A stretch of 32,000 bases of DNA from an uncultured bacterium (GCA_964640155.1 CAZXEQ010000002.1:390001-422000), one strand, 5' to 3'. Shown: positions 1 through 9,725, numbered from the stretch's first letter. Notes: generated by a model not told the origin, from the letters alone. Numbers and translations are program-made.

Positions 1-167
1 TTAGCGAAGCAAAAACGACCTATGGTTTGATCGGAGTAAAGACATGGGTTTTTAAAGGATATCAAGCTGTTGAAAATATTGTGAAAGAGAATAAGAATAC
101 TGATTCAGAAAAAGTTGAAGTAGCAGCAAAGGAGTCATCCCATGCCGTTGATGCCAAGCAGAGTTAA
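1..167 (+). CDS. rpsC: 30S ribosomal protein S3, C-terminal fragment (gene begins upstream of window)
   Basis: Frame 3 reads [21 protein letters not shown]... to TAA at 165-167. This matches the conserved S3 C-terminus and lies directly upstream of L16. It overlaps the rplP start. Confidence 0.85.
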   Translation, partial: SEAKTTYGLIGVKTWVFKGYQAVENIVKENKNTDSEKVEVAAKESSHAVDAKQS

Positions 168-558
168 ATTTAGAAAAGTTCAAAAAGGATGTCGGGCGGG
201 AAAAGCAACGCGAGTGACTTCTTTGAGTTTTGGTGAATATGGTTTGCAAAGTTTGGAAAGAGGGTGGATTACCAATATTCAGTTAGAAGCAGTTCGTGTG
301 GCTGTGACGCGACATATGAAGCGAAAAGGGAAAATCTGGCTACGTATGTTCCCAGATAAACCTATTACTAAAAAACCAGCTGAAACACGTATGGGAAAAG
401 GAAAAGGACCTACTGCGGGATGGGTTATTGTTGTTAAGCCTGGAAATATTTTGTTTGAGATCGAAGGTATCCCCGAAGATATGGCTCGGGATGCTTTGAG
501 ACTTGGATCTTACAAGCTTCCTTTAAAGACACGTTTTATTGTGCGTCGACATTTTTAA
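142..558 (+). CDS. rplP: 50S ribosomal protein L16
   Basis: [16 protein letters not shown]... is a typical L16 N-terminus, in the S3-L16-L29 order. An alternative ATG exists at 151. Confidence 0.95.
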   Translation: MPLMPSRVKFRKVQKGCRAGKATRVTSLSFGEYGLQSLERGWITNIQLEAVRVAVTRHMKRKGKIWLRMFPDKPITKKPAETRMGKGKGPTAGWVIVVKPGNILFEIEGIPEDMARDALRLGSYKLPLKTRFIVRRHF

Positions 559-594
559 CGGTGACAATTTTATTTTGTGTGAGGAGTTTTTGAA

Positions 595-792
595 ATGAAG
601 ATTAAAGAAGTAAGAGAGTTGACAAAAGATGAACTTGATTTGAAACTTCGAGAACTTGGAGATCATCTCTTTAAGTTGAGAACTCAAGGCAAGACGGGGC
701 AGTTAGAAAATTCTGGGAAAGTTCGCCAGACAAAAAGAGATATCGCTCAAGTGAAGACGATTTTAAGAGAGCAGGAGTTGAAGAGTGAATAA
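595..792 (+). CDS. rpmC: 50S ribosomal protein L29
   Basis: 65 aa, [30 protein letters not shown]29-like. GAGGAG lies upstream. Position is between L16 and S17. Confidence 0.93.
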   Translation: MKIKEVRELTKDELDLKLRELGDHLFKLRTQGKTGQLENSGKVRQTKRDIAQVKTILREQELKSE

Positions 793-1051
793 AACGGTTG
801 AAGAAAGAGCAAGTCGAAAAGAAAAAGTAGGTGTGGTCATTGGCGATAAAATGGATAAGACCATTGTGGTTGAAGTTGAACGTAGAGAACCTCATCCCAT
901 TTATGGAAAAGTAATCCGAAAAGTTAAAAAGTTTTATGCTCATGATGAGAAGCAAGAAGCCCAAACAGGCGATCGAGTTCGAATTGTCGAAACCAAGCCT
1001 ATTAGCAAGCTTAAACGATGGCGCCTTGCAGAAGTGTTAGGAAAAATTTAA
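785..1051 (+). CDS. rpsQ: 30S ribosomal protein S17
   Basis: GTG start overlapping the rpmC stop. Contains [42 protein letters not shown], which is S17-like. Confidence 0.93.
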   Translation: MNKTVEERASRKEKVGVVIGDKMDKTIVVEVERREPHPIYGKVIRKVKKFYAHDEKQEAQTGDRVRIVETKPISKLKRWRLAEVLGKI

Positions 1052-1060
1052 GGATCTTAT

Positions 1061-1429
1061 ATGATTCAGTTAAGAACAAGACTTGAAGTTGCAGATAACA
1101 CCGGAGCAAAAAAAGTAGCATGTTTTAAAGTGTTGGGTGGAACACGTCATCGATATGCTTCTGTCGGGGATGTGATTGTAGCTTCTGTGAAAGAAGCTAT
1201 TCCAGAAGGAATGGTTAAAAAGGGAGAAGTTGTTAAGGGAGTTGTTGTCAGGACTAAAAGGCATGTCAGTCGAGCCGATGGTTCTTACATTCGTTTCGAT
1301 TCTAATGCGATTGTGATTATTGATAATCAGATGAATCCACGAGGAACCCGAATTTTTGGACCAGTGGCACGTGAGCTACGTGAAAAAAACTTTATGAAGA
1401 TCATTTCTTTGGCTCCAGAAGTTCTATAA
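1061..1429 (+). CDS. rplN: 50S ribosomal protein L14
   Basis: [27 protein letters not shown] is a canonical L14 N-terminus; 122 aa. Confidence 0.97.
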   Translation: MIQLRTRLEVADNTGAKKVACFKVLGGTRHRYASVGDVIVASVKEAIPEGMVKKGEVVKGVVVRTKRHVSRADGSYIRFDSNAIVIIDNQMNPRGTRIFGPVARELREKNFMKIISLAPEVL

Positions 1430-1459
1430 AAATAAAATGTAAAGTAAGAAGAAAATTCG

Positions 1460-1795
1460 ATGAAAACAGAAACAGTAAGATATAAAACTTATTTAAAAAA
1501 GAATGATGTGGTTTTTGCTTTATCGGGACGAGATAAGGGCAAAAAAGGAAAAGTTCTTCAAATTGTTCGAGAAAAGAATCGAGCTATTATTGAAGGTTTG
1601 AATTTTGTGAAACGTCATGTACGACCAACACAAGCCAACCCTCAAGGAGGATTGGTTCAGAAAGAGACATCTGTAAACATTTCCAATTTAGCTCTTTTTT
1701 GTTCGAATTGCGATAAACCTGTTCGTGTTGGATTTAAAATTTTAGAAAATGCAGACAAAGAGCGCATTTGTCGTAAATGTGGGGAGAAAATTTAA
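1460..1795 (+). CDS. rplX: 50S ribosomal protein L24 (with C-terminal CxxC...CxxC)
   Basis: KOW-like [14 protein letters not shown] motif and spc-operon position. The C-terminus carries CSNC and CRKC. Confidence 0.93.
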   Translation: MKTETVRYKTYLKKNDVVFALSGRDKGKKGKVLQIVREKNRAIIEGLNFVKRHVRPTQANPQGGLVQKETSVNISNLALFCSNCDKPVRVGFKILENADKERICRKCGEKI

Positions 1796-1798
1796 GCC

Positions 1799-2344
1799 AT
1801 GAGTCGTTTGATGGAGTCTTATCAAAAAGAAATTGCACCAGCTCTTATGAAGAGTTTGAATCTTAAGAACCCATTGCAAGTTCCTAAATTAGAGAAGGTG
1901 GTTATCAACATGGGCGTTGCTGAAGGTGCAAAAGATTTCGCGCTTTTAGAATCTCATGTCGAAGAGTTAGGTTTGATTACAGGTCAAAAACCCGTGATTA
2001 CGCGAGCAAAAAAAAGTATTGCTGGTTTCAAGTTGAGAGCTGGGGAGCCTGTGGGTTGCAAAGTGACACTGCGTGGTAAAAAAATGTATGAGTTTATGGA
2101 TCGTTTTGTAAATGTTGTGTTGCCGCGCATTCGTGATTTCAAAGGAGTTCCGCCTCGATCTTTTGATGGAAGAGGAAATTATTCTTTAGGAATACAAGAG
2201 CAAGTTGTTTTCCCGGAAATTGAATTAGATAAAATCAAGCAGGTCCAGGGAATGGATATTATTTTTGTAACAACAGCAAAAACAAATGATCACGCAAGGG
2301 AGCTTCTGACTTCTTTTGGAATGCCCTTTAGAAGTTCAAAATAG
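1799..2344 (+). CDS. rplE: 50S ribosomal protein L5
   Basis: 181 aa, ...[15 protein letters not shown]...[18 protein letters not shown]..., L5-like. Confidence 0.96.
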   Translation: MSRLMESYQKEIAPALMKSLNLKNPLQVPKLEKVVINMGVAEGAKDFALLESHVEELGLITGQKPVITRAKKSIAGFKLRAGEPVGCKVTLRGKKMYEFMDRFVNVVLPRIRDFKGVPPRSFDGRGNYSLGIQEQVVFPEIELDKIKQVQGMDIIFVTTAKTNDHARELLTSFGMPFRSSK

Positions 2345-2361
2345 TTTAGAAAGGTAAATGC

Positions 2362-2547
2362 ATGGCCAAGACATGTTTGATGGTGAAACAACAAAGACCT
2401 GCGAAATTTAGCTCTCGAGCTTATAATCGCTGCAAGCAGTGCGGCAGACGCAGAGCCTTTTTAAAAAGGTTTGGTCTTTGCAGAGTTTGTTTTCGTAAAT
2501 TTGCTTCAAATGGCTTGATCCCAGGTGTGATCAAGGCGAGTTGGTAG
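2362..2547 (+). CDS. rpsN: 30S ribosomal protein S14, short zinc-binding (type Z) form
   Basis: 61 aa with CKQC...CRVC and an [10 protein letters not shown]-terminus. Confidence 0.95.
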   Translation: MAKTCLMVKQQRPAKFSSRAYNRCKQCGRRRAFLKRFGLCRVCFRKFASNGLIPGVIKASW

Positions 2548-2652
2548 AAAAACAGTGTTGCGTCGCGCGTTGAGCGTATTGCGTTAAAACTTTTGATTTA
2601 CGCATTACACTTTACGTACAGCGCATGACGGCTTTAAATGGAGAGATTAAAG
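2548..2652 (+). promoter_or_regulatory. Candidate structured leader upstream of rpsH
   Basis: At 105 nt this is the longest spacer in the r-protein cluster, where the others are about 2-50 nt, and it is locally GC-enriched. A hairpin pairs 2576-2588 with 2597-2608, with one bulge and one mismatch. An enclosing stem pairs cgtcgcgc (2561-2568) with gcgcatgacg (2621-2630). Confidence 0.3.
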
Positions 2653-3051
2653 ATGAGTATGTCAGATCCGATTGCGGATATGTTGACCCGAATTCGAAAT
2701 GCGAGTACGGCAAAAAAAGAATATGCAGATGTGCCAGCCTCCAGTTTTAAAAAAGAGGTTTTAAAGGTTTTAAAAGACGAAGGTTTTGTTCAAGATTTTA
2801 AAATGGCTGAAGAAGAAGGCCATCCTTGGATCAGAGTTTATTTGAAATTTACTCAAAAAGGGGATCGAGTTCTTCAAGGTATTCGTCGCATCAGTCTTCC
2901 AGGTCGTCGTGTATATGTTGGTGCAGATGAGATCCCAAGAGTTCAAGGAGGATTGGGCGTTTCGATCCTTTCAACCTCCAAAGGTGTGATGGCAGGAAAG
3001 AAAGCAAGCAAACTTCGATTAGGTGGCGAGATTATTTGTAGTGTTTGGTAA
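2653..3051 (+). CDS. rpsH: 30S ribosomal protein S8
   Basis: MSMSDPIADMLTRIRNA aligns with the canonical S8 N-terminus. GGAGAG lies 7-8 nt upstream of the ATG at 2653. The ORF-track start at 2638 is probably too early. Confidence 0.95.
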   Translation: MSMSDPIADMLTRIRNASTAKKEYADVPASSFKKEVLKVLKDEGFVQDFKMAEEEGHPWIRVYLKFTQKGDRVLQGIRRISLPGRRVYVGADEIPRVQGGLGVSILSTSKGVMAGKKASKLRLGGEIICSVW

Positions 3052-3097
3052 AGAATATTCAGGGTATTAGCCCTAAAATTTATGAGGAGTTTTTAAG

Positions 3098-3631
3098 ATG
3101 TCAAGAATAGGTAAGAAAGCAGTATCTATCCCAAGTGGCGTGAGTGTTGAACTTGCTCAAAGTCTTTTTAAAATAAAAGGCCCTAAGGGACAGCTTGAAC
3201 AAGTTTTACCCAAAGGTGTTTTGGCTAAGAAAGAGGGTGAGACCATTTTGTTTACAGTAGGGGATTCTGAGGAGCTTAAGCCTCTTCATGGTTTGATGCG
3301 CAGTTTGTGCGCCAATATGATTGAAGGCGTCACAAAAGGTTTTTCCAAAGATCTTGAAATTCAGGGTGTAGGGTATCGCGCAAAAATTGAAGGGAAGAAT
3401 TTATCTTTGACTCTTGGATTTACGCACCCCGTGGTTTATCCCATCCCTGAAGGGATTAAGGTGGAAGTAGCCGATCAGGTGAAGGTGAAAGTTTCGGGTG
3501 CGGATAAGCAATTGGTGGGCGAAGTAGCCGCTCGCGTCAGGCGTTTTCTTCCTCCGGAACCTTATAAGGGTAAGGGTATTCGTTACGCTGGAGAAATCGT
3601 TAAGAAAAAAGCAGGAAAGACAGTCGCGTAA
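3098..3631 (+). CDS. rplF: 50S ribosomal protein L6
   Basis: MSRIGKKAVSIPSGVSVEL... and two L6 repeats; 177 aa. Confidence 0.96.
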   Translation: MSRIGKKAVSIPSGVSVELAQSLFKIKGPKGQLEQVLPKGVLAKKEGETILFTVGDSEELKPLHGLMRSLCANMIEGVTKGFSKDLEIQGVGYRAKIEGKNLSLTLGFTHPVVYPIPEGIKVEVADQVKVKVSGADKQLVGEVAARVRRFLPPEPYKGKGIRYAGEIVKKKAGKTVA

Positions 3632-3672
3632 AATAAATTTTTATTTTTGATCTGTGGTAAAGGGATTTTAAA

Positions 3673-4041
3673 ATGAGTGTTCAAAATAAGCGGGAAGTAA
3701 AAAGAAAAAATAGACATTTGAGAATTCGCCGTAGGCTTGAGGGTTCAGCAGAACGCCCCCGATTGGTGGTTTTCAGAAGTCATAAACATATTTATGCACA
3801 GTTGGTAGATGATTTTAAAGGTCATACGGTTCTTTCTGTCTCGACTCTTTTAAAAGATGTTCGGGAGAAGATGAAGTATGGCGGTGATGTCAAAGCTGCT
3901 CAAACATTGGGCGGTTATTTGGCAGAGTCAGCAAAACGTTTAGGAATACAACATGTCGTATTTGATCGTGCAGGTTATCAATATCATGGTCGAATCAAAG
4001 CTCTTGCAGAAGCTGCAAGAAGCGGTGGTTTGGCTTTTTAA
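3673..4041 (+). CDS. rplR: 50S ribosomal protein L18
   Basis: RPRLVVFRSHKHIYAQLVDD...FDRAGYQYHGRIKALAEAARSGGLAF, L18-like. Confidence 0.96.
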   Translation: MSVQNKREVKRKNRHLRIRRRLEGSAERPRLVVFRSHKHIYAQLVDDFKGHTVLSVSTLLKDVREKMKYGGDVKAAQTLGGYLAESAKRLGIQHVVFDRAGYQYHGRIKALAEAARSGGLAF

Positions 4042-4050
4042 GGAGGATAT

Positions 4051-4596
4051 GTGGAGAAGGGAAAAGCAGGCAGTTTTGCTACGAAGAATAGAAATAAAAA
4101 AAGAGAAGAAGGTTTTCAAGATAAGACTTCTTCTGGCCCAGAGTTGTTTGAAAAAGTTGTTTATATTAACCGTTGCGCAAAGGTTGTTAAAGGTGGTAGA
4201 CGATTTAGTTTTAGTGCGCTCGTGGTTGTGGGGAATGGGCAAGGACGCGTAGGATATGGTTTGGGAAAAGCTAATGAAGTGTCTGATGCGATTCGAAAAG
4301 GCACTGAATATGCTAAAAAATCTATGAAGTCTGTTTGTCTTCGCGGTACAACGATACCTCATGAAGTTTTTGATAAATTTGATGGTGGAAAAGTTTTCTT
4401 AAAACCAGCAACGCCAGGAACTGGCATTATTGCAGGTGGAGGCGTTCGCCCTGTTTTAGAAGCAGCAGGTGTTAAAGATGTGTTGGCCAAATCGATGGGG
4501 TCTTCTAATGCGATTAATGTTGTGAAGGCAACCATGAGATGTTTAGAGACTTTGCGTGATTTAGCAATGGTAAAAGCTGTTCGAGGAGATTTGTAA
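4051..4596 (+). CDS. rpsE: 30S ribosomal protein S5
   Basis: GTG start 4 nt after AGGAGG. Contains [40 protein letters not shown]5-like. Confidence 0.95.
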   Translation: MEKGKAGSFATKNRNKKREEGFQDKTSSGPELFEKVVYINRCAKVVKGGRRFSFSALVVVGNGQGRVGYGLGKANEVSDAIRKGTEYAKKSMKSVCLRGTTIPHEVFDKFDGGKVFLKPATPGTGIIAGGGVRPVLEAAGVKDVLAKSMGSSNAINVVKATMRCLETLRDLAMVKAVRGDL

Positions 4597-4597
4597 G

Positions 4598-5074
4598 ATG
4601 GACTTAGCCAAAATTTTAAGTGTTGATGATTCAAGTAAGAAAATGAAACGTATTGGACGTGGACCTGGTTCTGGTCATGGCAAAACCAGTACTAAAGGAC
4701 ATAAAGGGCAAAAGGCTCGTTCGGGCCATGGAGCAAGAATTCGTCCGGGATTTGAAGGTGGACAAATGCCGCTTTATCGACGTTTACCCAAAAGAGGTTT
4801 TATTCATGATGGGAAAATAGTTTGGAATGTGATCAATGTGGGCCAATTAGGTATTTTTGAAGAAGGCGCCATTGTGACTCCCGAAAGTTTAGAAGAAAAA
4901 GGGCTTGTGAAGAACGTTAAAGATGGTATTAAAATTCTTGGGGATGGAGAGCTGAATCTTCCCTTAACCCTGAGAGTTCATGCTATCAGCCAGAGTGCTC
5001 GCCAAAAAGTCGAAAAAGCTCGTGGCAAAATTGAGCTTATCGGTCAATCAACACCAACCAAAAATAAAGTTTAA
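4598..5074 (+). CDS. rplO: 50S ribosomal protein L15
   Basis: RIGRGPGSGHGKTSTKGHKGQKARSG is L15-like. The gene starts 1 nt after the rpsE stop. Confidence 0.95.
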   Translation: MDLAKILSVDDSSKKMKRIGRGPGSGHGKTSTKGHKGQKARSGHGARIRPGFEGGQMPLYRRLPKRGFIHDGKIVWNVINVGQLGIFEEGAIVTPESLEEKGLVKNVKDGIKILGDGELNLPLTLRVHAISQSARQKVEKARGKIELIGQSTPTKNKV

Positions 5075-5091
5075 AACCTTGAATTGAATCT

Positions 5092-6444
5092 ATGCTCTCA
5101 GCTTTTATCAACATATTTAAAATTCCTGATTTAAAAAAGAAATTACTTTTTACTTTAGGGCTTGTTGCTGTTTATCGTGTTGGAACGTATATTCCTACCC
5201 CTGGTGTCGATGGTTATGCGCTGAGCCAATTTGTGGAACAGGCTGCCAAAACTCAAGGCGGACTAGGTTCTATTTTTGGAATTATGGATATGTTTAGCGG
5301 AGGCGCTATGGCCAAATTGACCATTTTTGCGCTAGGTATTATGCCCTATGTCAGTGCTTCCATTATTTTGCAACTTTTGACAACGGTTATTCCTCAGTTA
5401 GAGCGCATGGCCAAAGAAGGTGAAATGGGGCGCAAGAAATTAACTCAATACACGCGCTATGGAACCGTGGTGTTGAGTTTAATACAATCTTTTTTTATTG
5501 CCTTGTGGTTAGAACATCCTGCCCGATTTGGTAATTTTGTCATTGTTCCAGATCCAGGTTGGGGTTTTCGTCTTCTTTGTATATTTACTTTGACAGCAGG
5601 AACAGCTTTTATCATGTGGTTAGGAGAGCAGATTACAGAGCGCGGTATTGGCAATGGAATGAGTTTGATTATTGCGGCAGGTATTGTTTCGCGTATCCCT
5701 GCAGGTATTCATCAAGTCTATATTCTTTTAAGTCCTGGCAGTCAAGATACCTCTGCTTTAAATCCTTTACAGGCTATTTTGATGCTCGCTATTTTAGTGG
5801 GTGTTATTGCTGCGGTGATTCTTGTCACTCAGGGACAACGTAAAATCCCTGTTCAATATGCCAAGCGTGTGGTGGGAAGGAAGGTTTTTACGGGACAGGC
5901 CACTTATATTCCATTGAGAGTCAATCAGGCAGGTGTTATTCCTATTATTTTCGCTGTGTCTATTTTAATGTTCCCTAGAACATTTGCAACACTGGTTCAA
6001 AGTGGTTCTTTGCAAAGAATGTTTGAACATTTAGTAGAAGGACGTTTGCTTTACAATATTATTTATGCTTTTTTAATTATTTTCTTTACATATTTTTATA
6101 CGGCCATCACGTTTAATCCTTTAGATATTTCAGAAAATATGAAAAAGAGTGGTGCGTTTGTTCCAGGTATTCGACCGGGGCAAGCAACAACAGAGTTTTT
6201 AGAAAAAGTCATGAGCCATATTACCTTCTCAGGGGCTATTTTCTTGGCGATTATTGCTATATTGCCGGATATTGTTTATCGTTTGATGGACATTCCTTAT
6301 TTGGTGGCTAGCTTTTTTGGAGGTACTGCTCTTTTGATTGTTGTTGGCGTGATGCTAGATTCTATGCGACAACTAGAATCTCAACTTTTGATGCGTCACT
6401 ACGATGGCTTTATGCAAAAGGGAAGAATTAAAGGGCGGTATTAA
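5092..6444 (+). CDS. secY: Preprotein translocase subunit SecY
   Basis: 450 aa polytopic protein with DLKKKLLFTLGLVAVYRVGTYIPTPGVD and the typical position after rplO. Confidence 0.97.
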   Translation: MLSAFINIFKIPDLKKKLLFTLGLVAVYRVGTYIPTPGVDGYALSQFVEQAAKTQGGLGSIFGIMDMFSGGAMAKLTIFALGIMPYVSASIILQLLTTVIPQLERMAKEGEMGRKKLTQYTRYGTVVLSLIQSFFIALWLEHPARFGNFVIVPDPGWGFRLLCIFTLTAGTAFIMWLGEQITERGIGNGMSLIIAAGIVSRIPAGIHQVYILLSPGSQDTSALNPLQAILMLAILVGVIAAVILVTQGQRKIPVQYAKRVVGRKVFTGQATYIPLRVNQAGVIPIIFAVSILMFPRTFATLVQSGSLQRMFEHLVEGRLLYNIIYAFLIIFFTYFYTAITFNPLDISENMKKSGAFVPGIRPGQATTEFLEKVMSHITFSGAIFLAIIAILPDIVYRLMDIPYLVASFFGGTALLIVVGVMLDSMRQLESQLLMRHYDGFMQKGRIKGRY

Positions 6445-6495
6445 AAGTTGGTGTCTATTTTGCATGTGGGTATTTTTTAAAAAGAAATTCACTGG

Positions 6496-7185
6496 ATGAG
6501 TATGAAGAGAAAAGAAGAGTCTGATAAAAAAAGAATTATATTGCTGGGTCCTCCAGGCGCTGGAAAGGGCACACATGCAAAAGATCTAGCAGTGGCCCTG
6601 GATATTCCTCATATTTCAACAGGGGATATTTTAAGAGAGGCTGTTAAGGCAAAAACATCTGTGGGTTTGCAGGCCAAGACTTATATGGAAAAAGGAGAGC
6701 TTGTTCCTGATCAAGTGATGGCGGAAATTATTTTAGAACGTTTAAAAAACAAGGATTCTCAAGAGGGATTTATTTTAGATGGTTATCCTAGAACCCTCAA
6801 TCAGGCGAAGGTTTTAGAAGAAGGTTTAAAAAAACTTTCTCAAACAATAGATTTTGCAGTGGAAGTTTTTGCCGATACAGATTTGATTGTGTCTCGGCTA
6901 GCCTATCGATGGGTTTGTCGAAAATGTGGTGCAACTTATCATTTAAAAAATATTCCACCAAAGGTGCAAGGTCGTTGTGATCTTTGTGATGGGGATCTTT
7001 ATCAAAGAGAAGATGATCGTGAAGAAACGGTACGTCGTCGTCTTGAAGTGTATCGACAACAGTCCGAGCCATTGGTGGATTATTATGACCAGGCTGGAAT
7101 TTTAAAAAAAGTTGATGGGGGATTGCCAAGAGAAGAAACTTTTAATGAATTGATGCTCAGTGTTGGCATGAAAGTAGCGAAATAA
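6496..7185 (+). CDS. adk: Adenylate kinase (Cys4 zinc lid)
   Basis: P-loop LLGPPGAGKGT and a lid with CRKC...CDLC. It has a short N-terminal extension relative to E. coli Adk. Confidence 0.95.
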   Translation: MSMKRKEESDKKRIILLGPPGAGKGTHAKDLAVALDIPHISTGDILREAVKAKTSVGLQAKTYMEKGELVPDQVMAEIILERLKNKDSQEGFILDGYPRTLNQAKVLEEGLKKLSQTIDFAVEVFADTDLIVSRLAYRWVCRKCGATYHLKNIPPKVQGRCDLCDGDLYQREDDREETVRRRLEVYRQQSEPLVDYYDQAGILKKVDGGLPREETFNELMLSVGMKVAK

Positions 7186-7191
7186 TTCACA

Positions 7192-7938
7192 ATGATTTTG
7201 ATTAAGTCTCCTCAAGAAATTGAGAAAATGAGAGTTGCAGGACGAAAGACAGCTACACTTATGCAAGAGCTGTCTATGATGATTCGACCTGGTATTACAG
7301 GAATTGAACTAGATCAAAAAGCAGGAGAAGTGATTTTAAAACAGGGGGCAAAGACGGCTTTTAAAGGTTATTTAGGTTATCCTTCTCATATTTGTCTTTC
7401 GATTAATGATCAAGTGGTTCATGGGATTCCTGGAAAAAGATCTTTGAAAGAAGAAGATATTGTAGGACTTGATTTGGGATTGGTTGCAGATGGTTTTTAT
7501 GGAGATATGGCTAAAACCTTTGCAGTGGGTCAAGTCAGTGATGAAAAAAGAAAATTGATTCAAGTAACGGAAGAAGCTCTATGGAAGGGTATAGAGCAAT
7601 GCGTTCCCGGTAATCGCTTAGGAGATATTTCGAATGCTGTGGAGCAATGGGTTTTAAGCCATCATTTTTCAGTGGTAAAAGATTTTGTAGGGCATGGAAT
7701 TGGAAGAAAATTGCATGAAGACCCTCCTCTTCCCAATTTTGGTGAACCTCATACAGGTCCTAAGTTGCAGGTAGGGATGGTGTTAGCCATTGAACCTATG
7801 GTGAATGAAGGGGGTTGTGAAGTCAGGATTCTATCTGATGGCTGGACAGTGGTTACTAAAGATGGTAAAGTATCTGCCCATTTTGAACATACGGTAGCGA
7901 TTACTGAAAATGGACCAGAAGTTTTAACTAAGATTTAG
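7192..7938 (+). CDS. map: Type I methionine aminopeptidase
   Basis: 248 aa with VVHGIPG, DLGLVADGFYGDMAKTF, VGHGIG and HFEHTV metal-ligand context. Confidence 0.95.
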   Translation: MILIKSPQEIEKMRVAGRKTATLMQELSMMIRPGITGIELDQKAGEVILKQGAKTAFKGYLGYPSHICLSINDQVVHGIPGKRSLKEEDIVGLDLGLVADGFYGDMAKTFAVGQVSDEKRKLIQVTEEALWKGIEQCVPGNRLGDISNAVEQWVLSHHFSVVKDFVGHGIGRKLHEDPPLPNFGEPHTGPKLQVGMVLAIEPMVNEGGCEVRILSDGWTVVTKDGKVSAHFEHTVAITENGPEVLTKI

Positions 7939-7952
7939 GTTAAGGAGATTAG

Positions 7953-8189
7953 ATGGCAAATTCGCCTGAACAAACGAAGGAAGAGCCGATTCGAGTTGAA
8001 GGGACTGTGGTGGAGCTTTTGCCTAACACAATGTTTCGGGTTGAATTAGTAAATCATCATCGGATTTTGGCCCATATTTCAGGGAAAATGCGAATGAATT
8101 TTATTAAGATTTTGCCGGGAGATAAAGTTACCCTTGAGATGTCTCCTTATGATTTAACCAAGGGAAGAATTGTTTTTAGAGAAAAATAA
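7953..8189 (+). CDS. infA: Translation initiation factor IF-1
   Basis: [18 protein letters not shown]...[20 protein letters not shown]...[15 protein letters not shown]-1-like. Confidence 0.96.
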   Translation: MANSPEQTKEEPIRVEGTVVELLPNTMFRVELVNHHRILAHISGKMRMNFIKILPGDKVTLEMSPYDLTKGRIVFREK

Positions 8190-8220
8190 ATTTGTTGGTT
8201 AAGATAGAGGAGAAAATAAA

Positions 8221-8625
8221 GTGCCAAGAATTGTAGGAGTAGATATTCCAAAAGAAAAGAAAATAGATATTTCTCTAACCTATCTTTATGGGGTGGGAAG
8301 AACTTTGGCAAAAGAGATTTTAGCGAAGATTAATATTTCTGCAGATGTTCGTGCTAAAGATTTGACTGAAGAAGAAGTAGCGAAAATCAATTCTATTCTC
8401 CAGAAAGAATATAAGGTTGAAGGAGATCTCAGGCGTGAAATTGCACAAAACATTAAACGCTTGGTGGGTATCGGATGTTATCGTGGGATGCGTCATAAAA
8501 AAGGTCTTCCGGTTTGGGGACAGAGAACCCATACAAATGCAAGAACCAGAAAAGGTGCTCGTAAAACCGTTGGCGTGAAGAAAACAAGCGGTACAGCAGC
8601 ACCTGCGCCAGCAGCAAAGGGATAG
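8221..8625 (+). CDS. rpsM: 30S ribosomal protein S13
   Basis: GTG start after [32 protein letters not shown] is S13-like. Confidence 0.95.
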   Translation: MPRIVGVDIPKEKKIDISLTYLYGVGRTLAKEILAKINISADVRAKDLTEEEVAKINSILQKEYKVEGDLRREIAQNIKRLVGIGCYRGMRHKKGLPVWGQRTHTNARTRKGARKTVGVKKTSGTAAPAPAAKG

Positions 8626-8674
8626 TATAAACCATTGCATCGATGTTAGATTTTCATTTTAGAGGGAGATATGT

Positions 8675-9076
8675 ATGGAAAAAGAAGTTGAAAAAAAAGT
8701 AGTTGTTAAAAAGAAAAAAGTTTCACGTAGTGTTCCTGTAGCGCGCGCTCATGTGAAGTCTACATTCAATAATACATTTATTGCGATGACGGATTTGCAA
8801 GGAAATGTCATTGCATGGTCAAGTTCGGGTGTGATGGGCTTTAGTGGGGCAAAGAAAAGTACGGCTTATGCAGCTCAGGTGGTTGCTACAGATTGTGCAA
8901 AAAAAGCATCTGATTATGGTGTGAGAGAAATCGAAGTTTATGTTAAAGGCCCTGGCGCTGGTCGAGAGTCAGCTATTCGAGCTTTACAGGCTGCAGGTAT
9001 AACGATTACAGCAATTAAGGATGTAACACCCGTCCCTCATAATGGCTGTCGTCCGCCAAAGAGACGCAGGGTTTAA
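8675..9076 (+). CDS. rpsK: 30S ribosomal protein S11
   Basis: [30 protein letters not shown]...[17 protein letters not shown]11-like. Confidence 0.96.
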   Translation: MEKEVEKKVVVKKKKVSRSVPVARAHVKSTFNNTFIAMTDLQGNVIAWSSSGVMGFSGAKKSTAYAAQVVATDCAKKASDYGVREIEVYVKGPGAGRESAIRALQAAGITITAIKDVTPVPHNGCRPPKRRRV

Positions 9077-9098
9077 TGAATGGAGGAAAGTAAAGATT

Positions 9099-9725
9099 AT
9101 GTCTAGGTATCTTGGTCCAGTATGTCGCTTATGTCGCAGAGAAGGTATGAAGCTTTTTTTAAAAGGCACCAAATGCGATACAGCAAAATGTACATTTGAG
9201 AAAAGACCCACACCTCCTGGCCAGCATGGTCAGACGAGGACAAAGCTTTCAGATTATGGTATTCAGCTTCGTGAAAAACAGAAGCTTAAACGTATGTGGG
9301 GGATGTTAGAGCAACAGTTTAAGAATAGTTTTAAAAGCGCAGCTAGAAAAAAAGGCGTTACCGGTGTAACCCTTCTTCAATTTTTGGAAATGAGATTAGA
9401 TAATATTGTCTATCGATTAGGCTTTTCTCCTTCCAGAGCTGGAGCTCGGCAATTGGTGCTTCATGGTCACATTCGTGTCAATGGACGAAAAGTGAATCGA
9501 CCTTCTTATGCTTTAAAGGTTGCGGATAAAATTGAAATTGTCGAAAATGCCAAGATTCGTGAAGGAGTGAAAGAGTCTTTAGAGAAACTTGCCTCCAGGC
9601 AAATTCCAGAGTGGCTTTTATTGAATCGAGAAGTTTTTAAGGGAGAGATTAATAAGATTCCTTCGCGGGAAGAGATGACTACTCCTGTCAATGAGCGCTT
9701 GATTGTAGAATTATATTCTAAATAG
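9099..9725 (+). CDS. rpsD: 30S ribosomal protein S4 (N-terminal Cys4)
   Basis: MSRYLGPVCRLCRREGMKLFLKGTKCDTAKC is a canonical S4 start. GGAGGA lies at 9082-9087. The ORF-track start at 9042 overlaps rpsK and is likely too early. Confidence 0.94.
   Translation: MSRYLGPVCRLCRREGMKLFLKGTKCDTAKCTFEKRPTPPGQHGQTRTKLSDYGIQLREKQKLKRMWGMLEQQFKNSFKSAARKKGVTGVTLLQFLEMRLDNIVYRLGFSPSRAGARQLVLHGHIRVNGRKVNRPSYALKVADKIEIVENAKIREGVKESLEKLASRQIPEWLLLNREVFKGEINKIPSREEMTTPVNERLIVELYSK

Noticed and set aside
2625-2652. Small ORF starting at ATG 2625 in the rpsN-rpsH spacer, and the ORF-track S8 start at 2638
   Set aside because: The 2625 ORF is out of frame with and overlaps rpsH. The S8 N-terminus MSMSDPIADML aligns with canonical S8, and the Shine-Dalgarno sequence fits the ATG at 2653.
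3940-4362. 140-aa antisense ORF; similar antisense or alternate-frame ORFs at 52-249, 671-964, 1070-1264, 3953-4252, 4359-4634, 5457-5654, 5559-5843, 6797-7129, 8320-8640, 9886-10158, 22786-23094, 23065-23367, 28487-28846 and others
   Set aside because: All overlap strongly conserved genes in another frame or on the other strand. They have low-complexity, unprotein-like translations.
7180-7195. 16-nt exact repeat AAATAATTCACAATGA, also at 25525-25540, each following a stop codon and containing an ATG
   Set aside because: It is AT-rich, so a chance match in 32 kb is plausible. The second ATG is out of frame with the downstream GT2 gene and opens only a 33-aa overlapping ORF.
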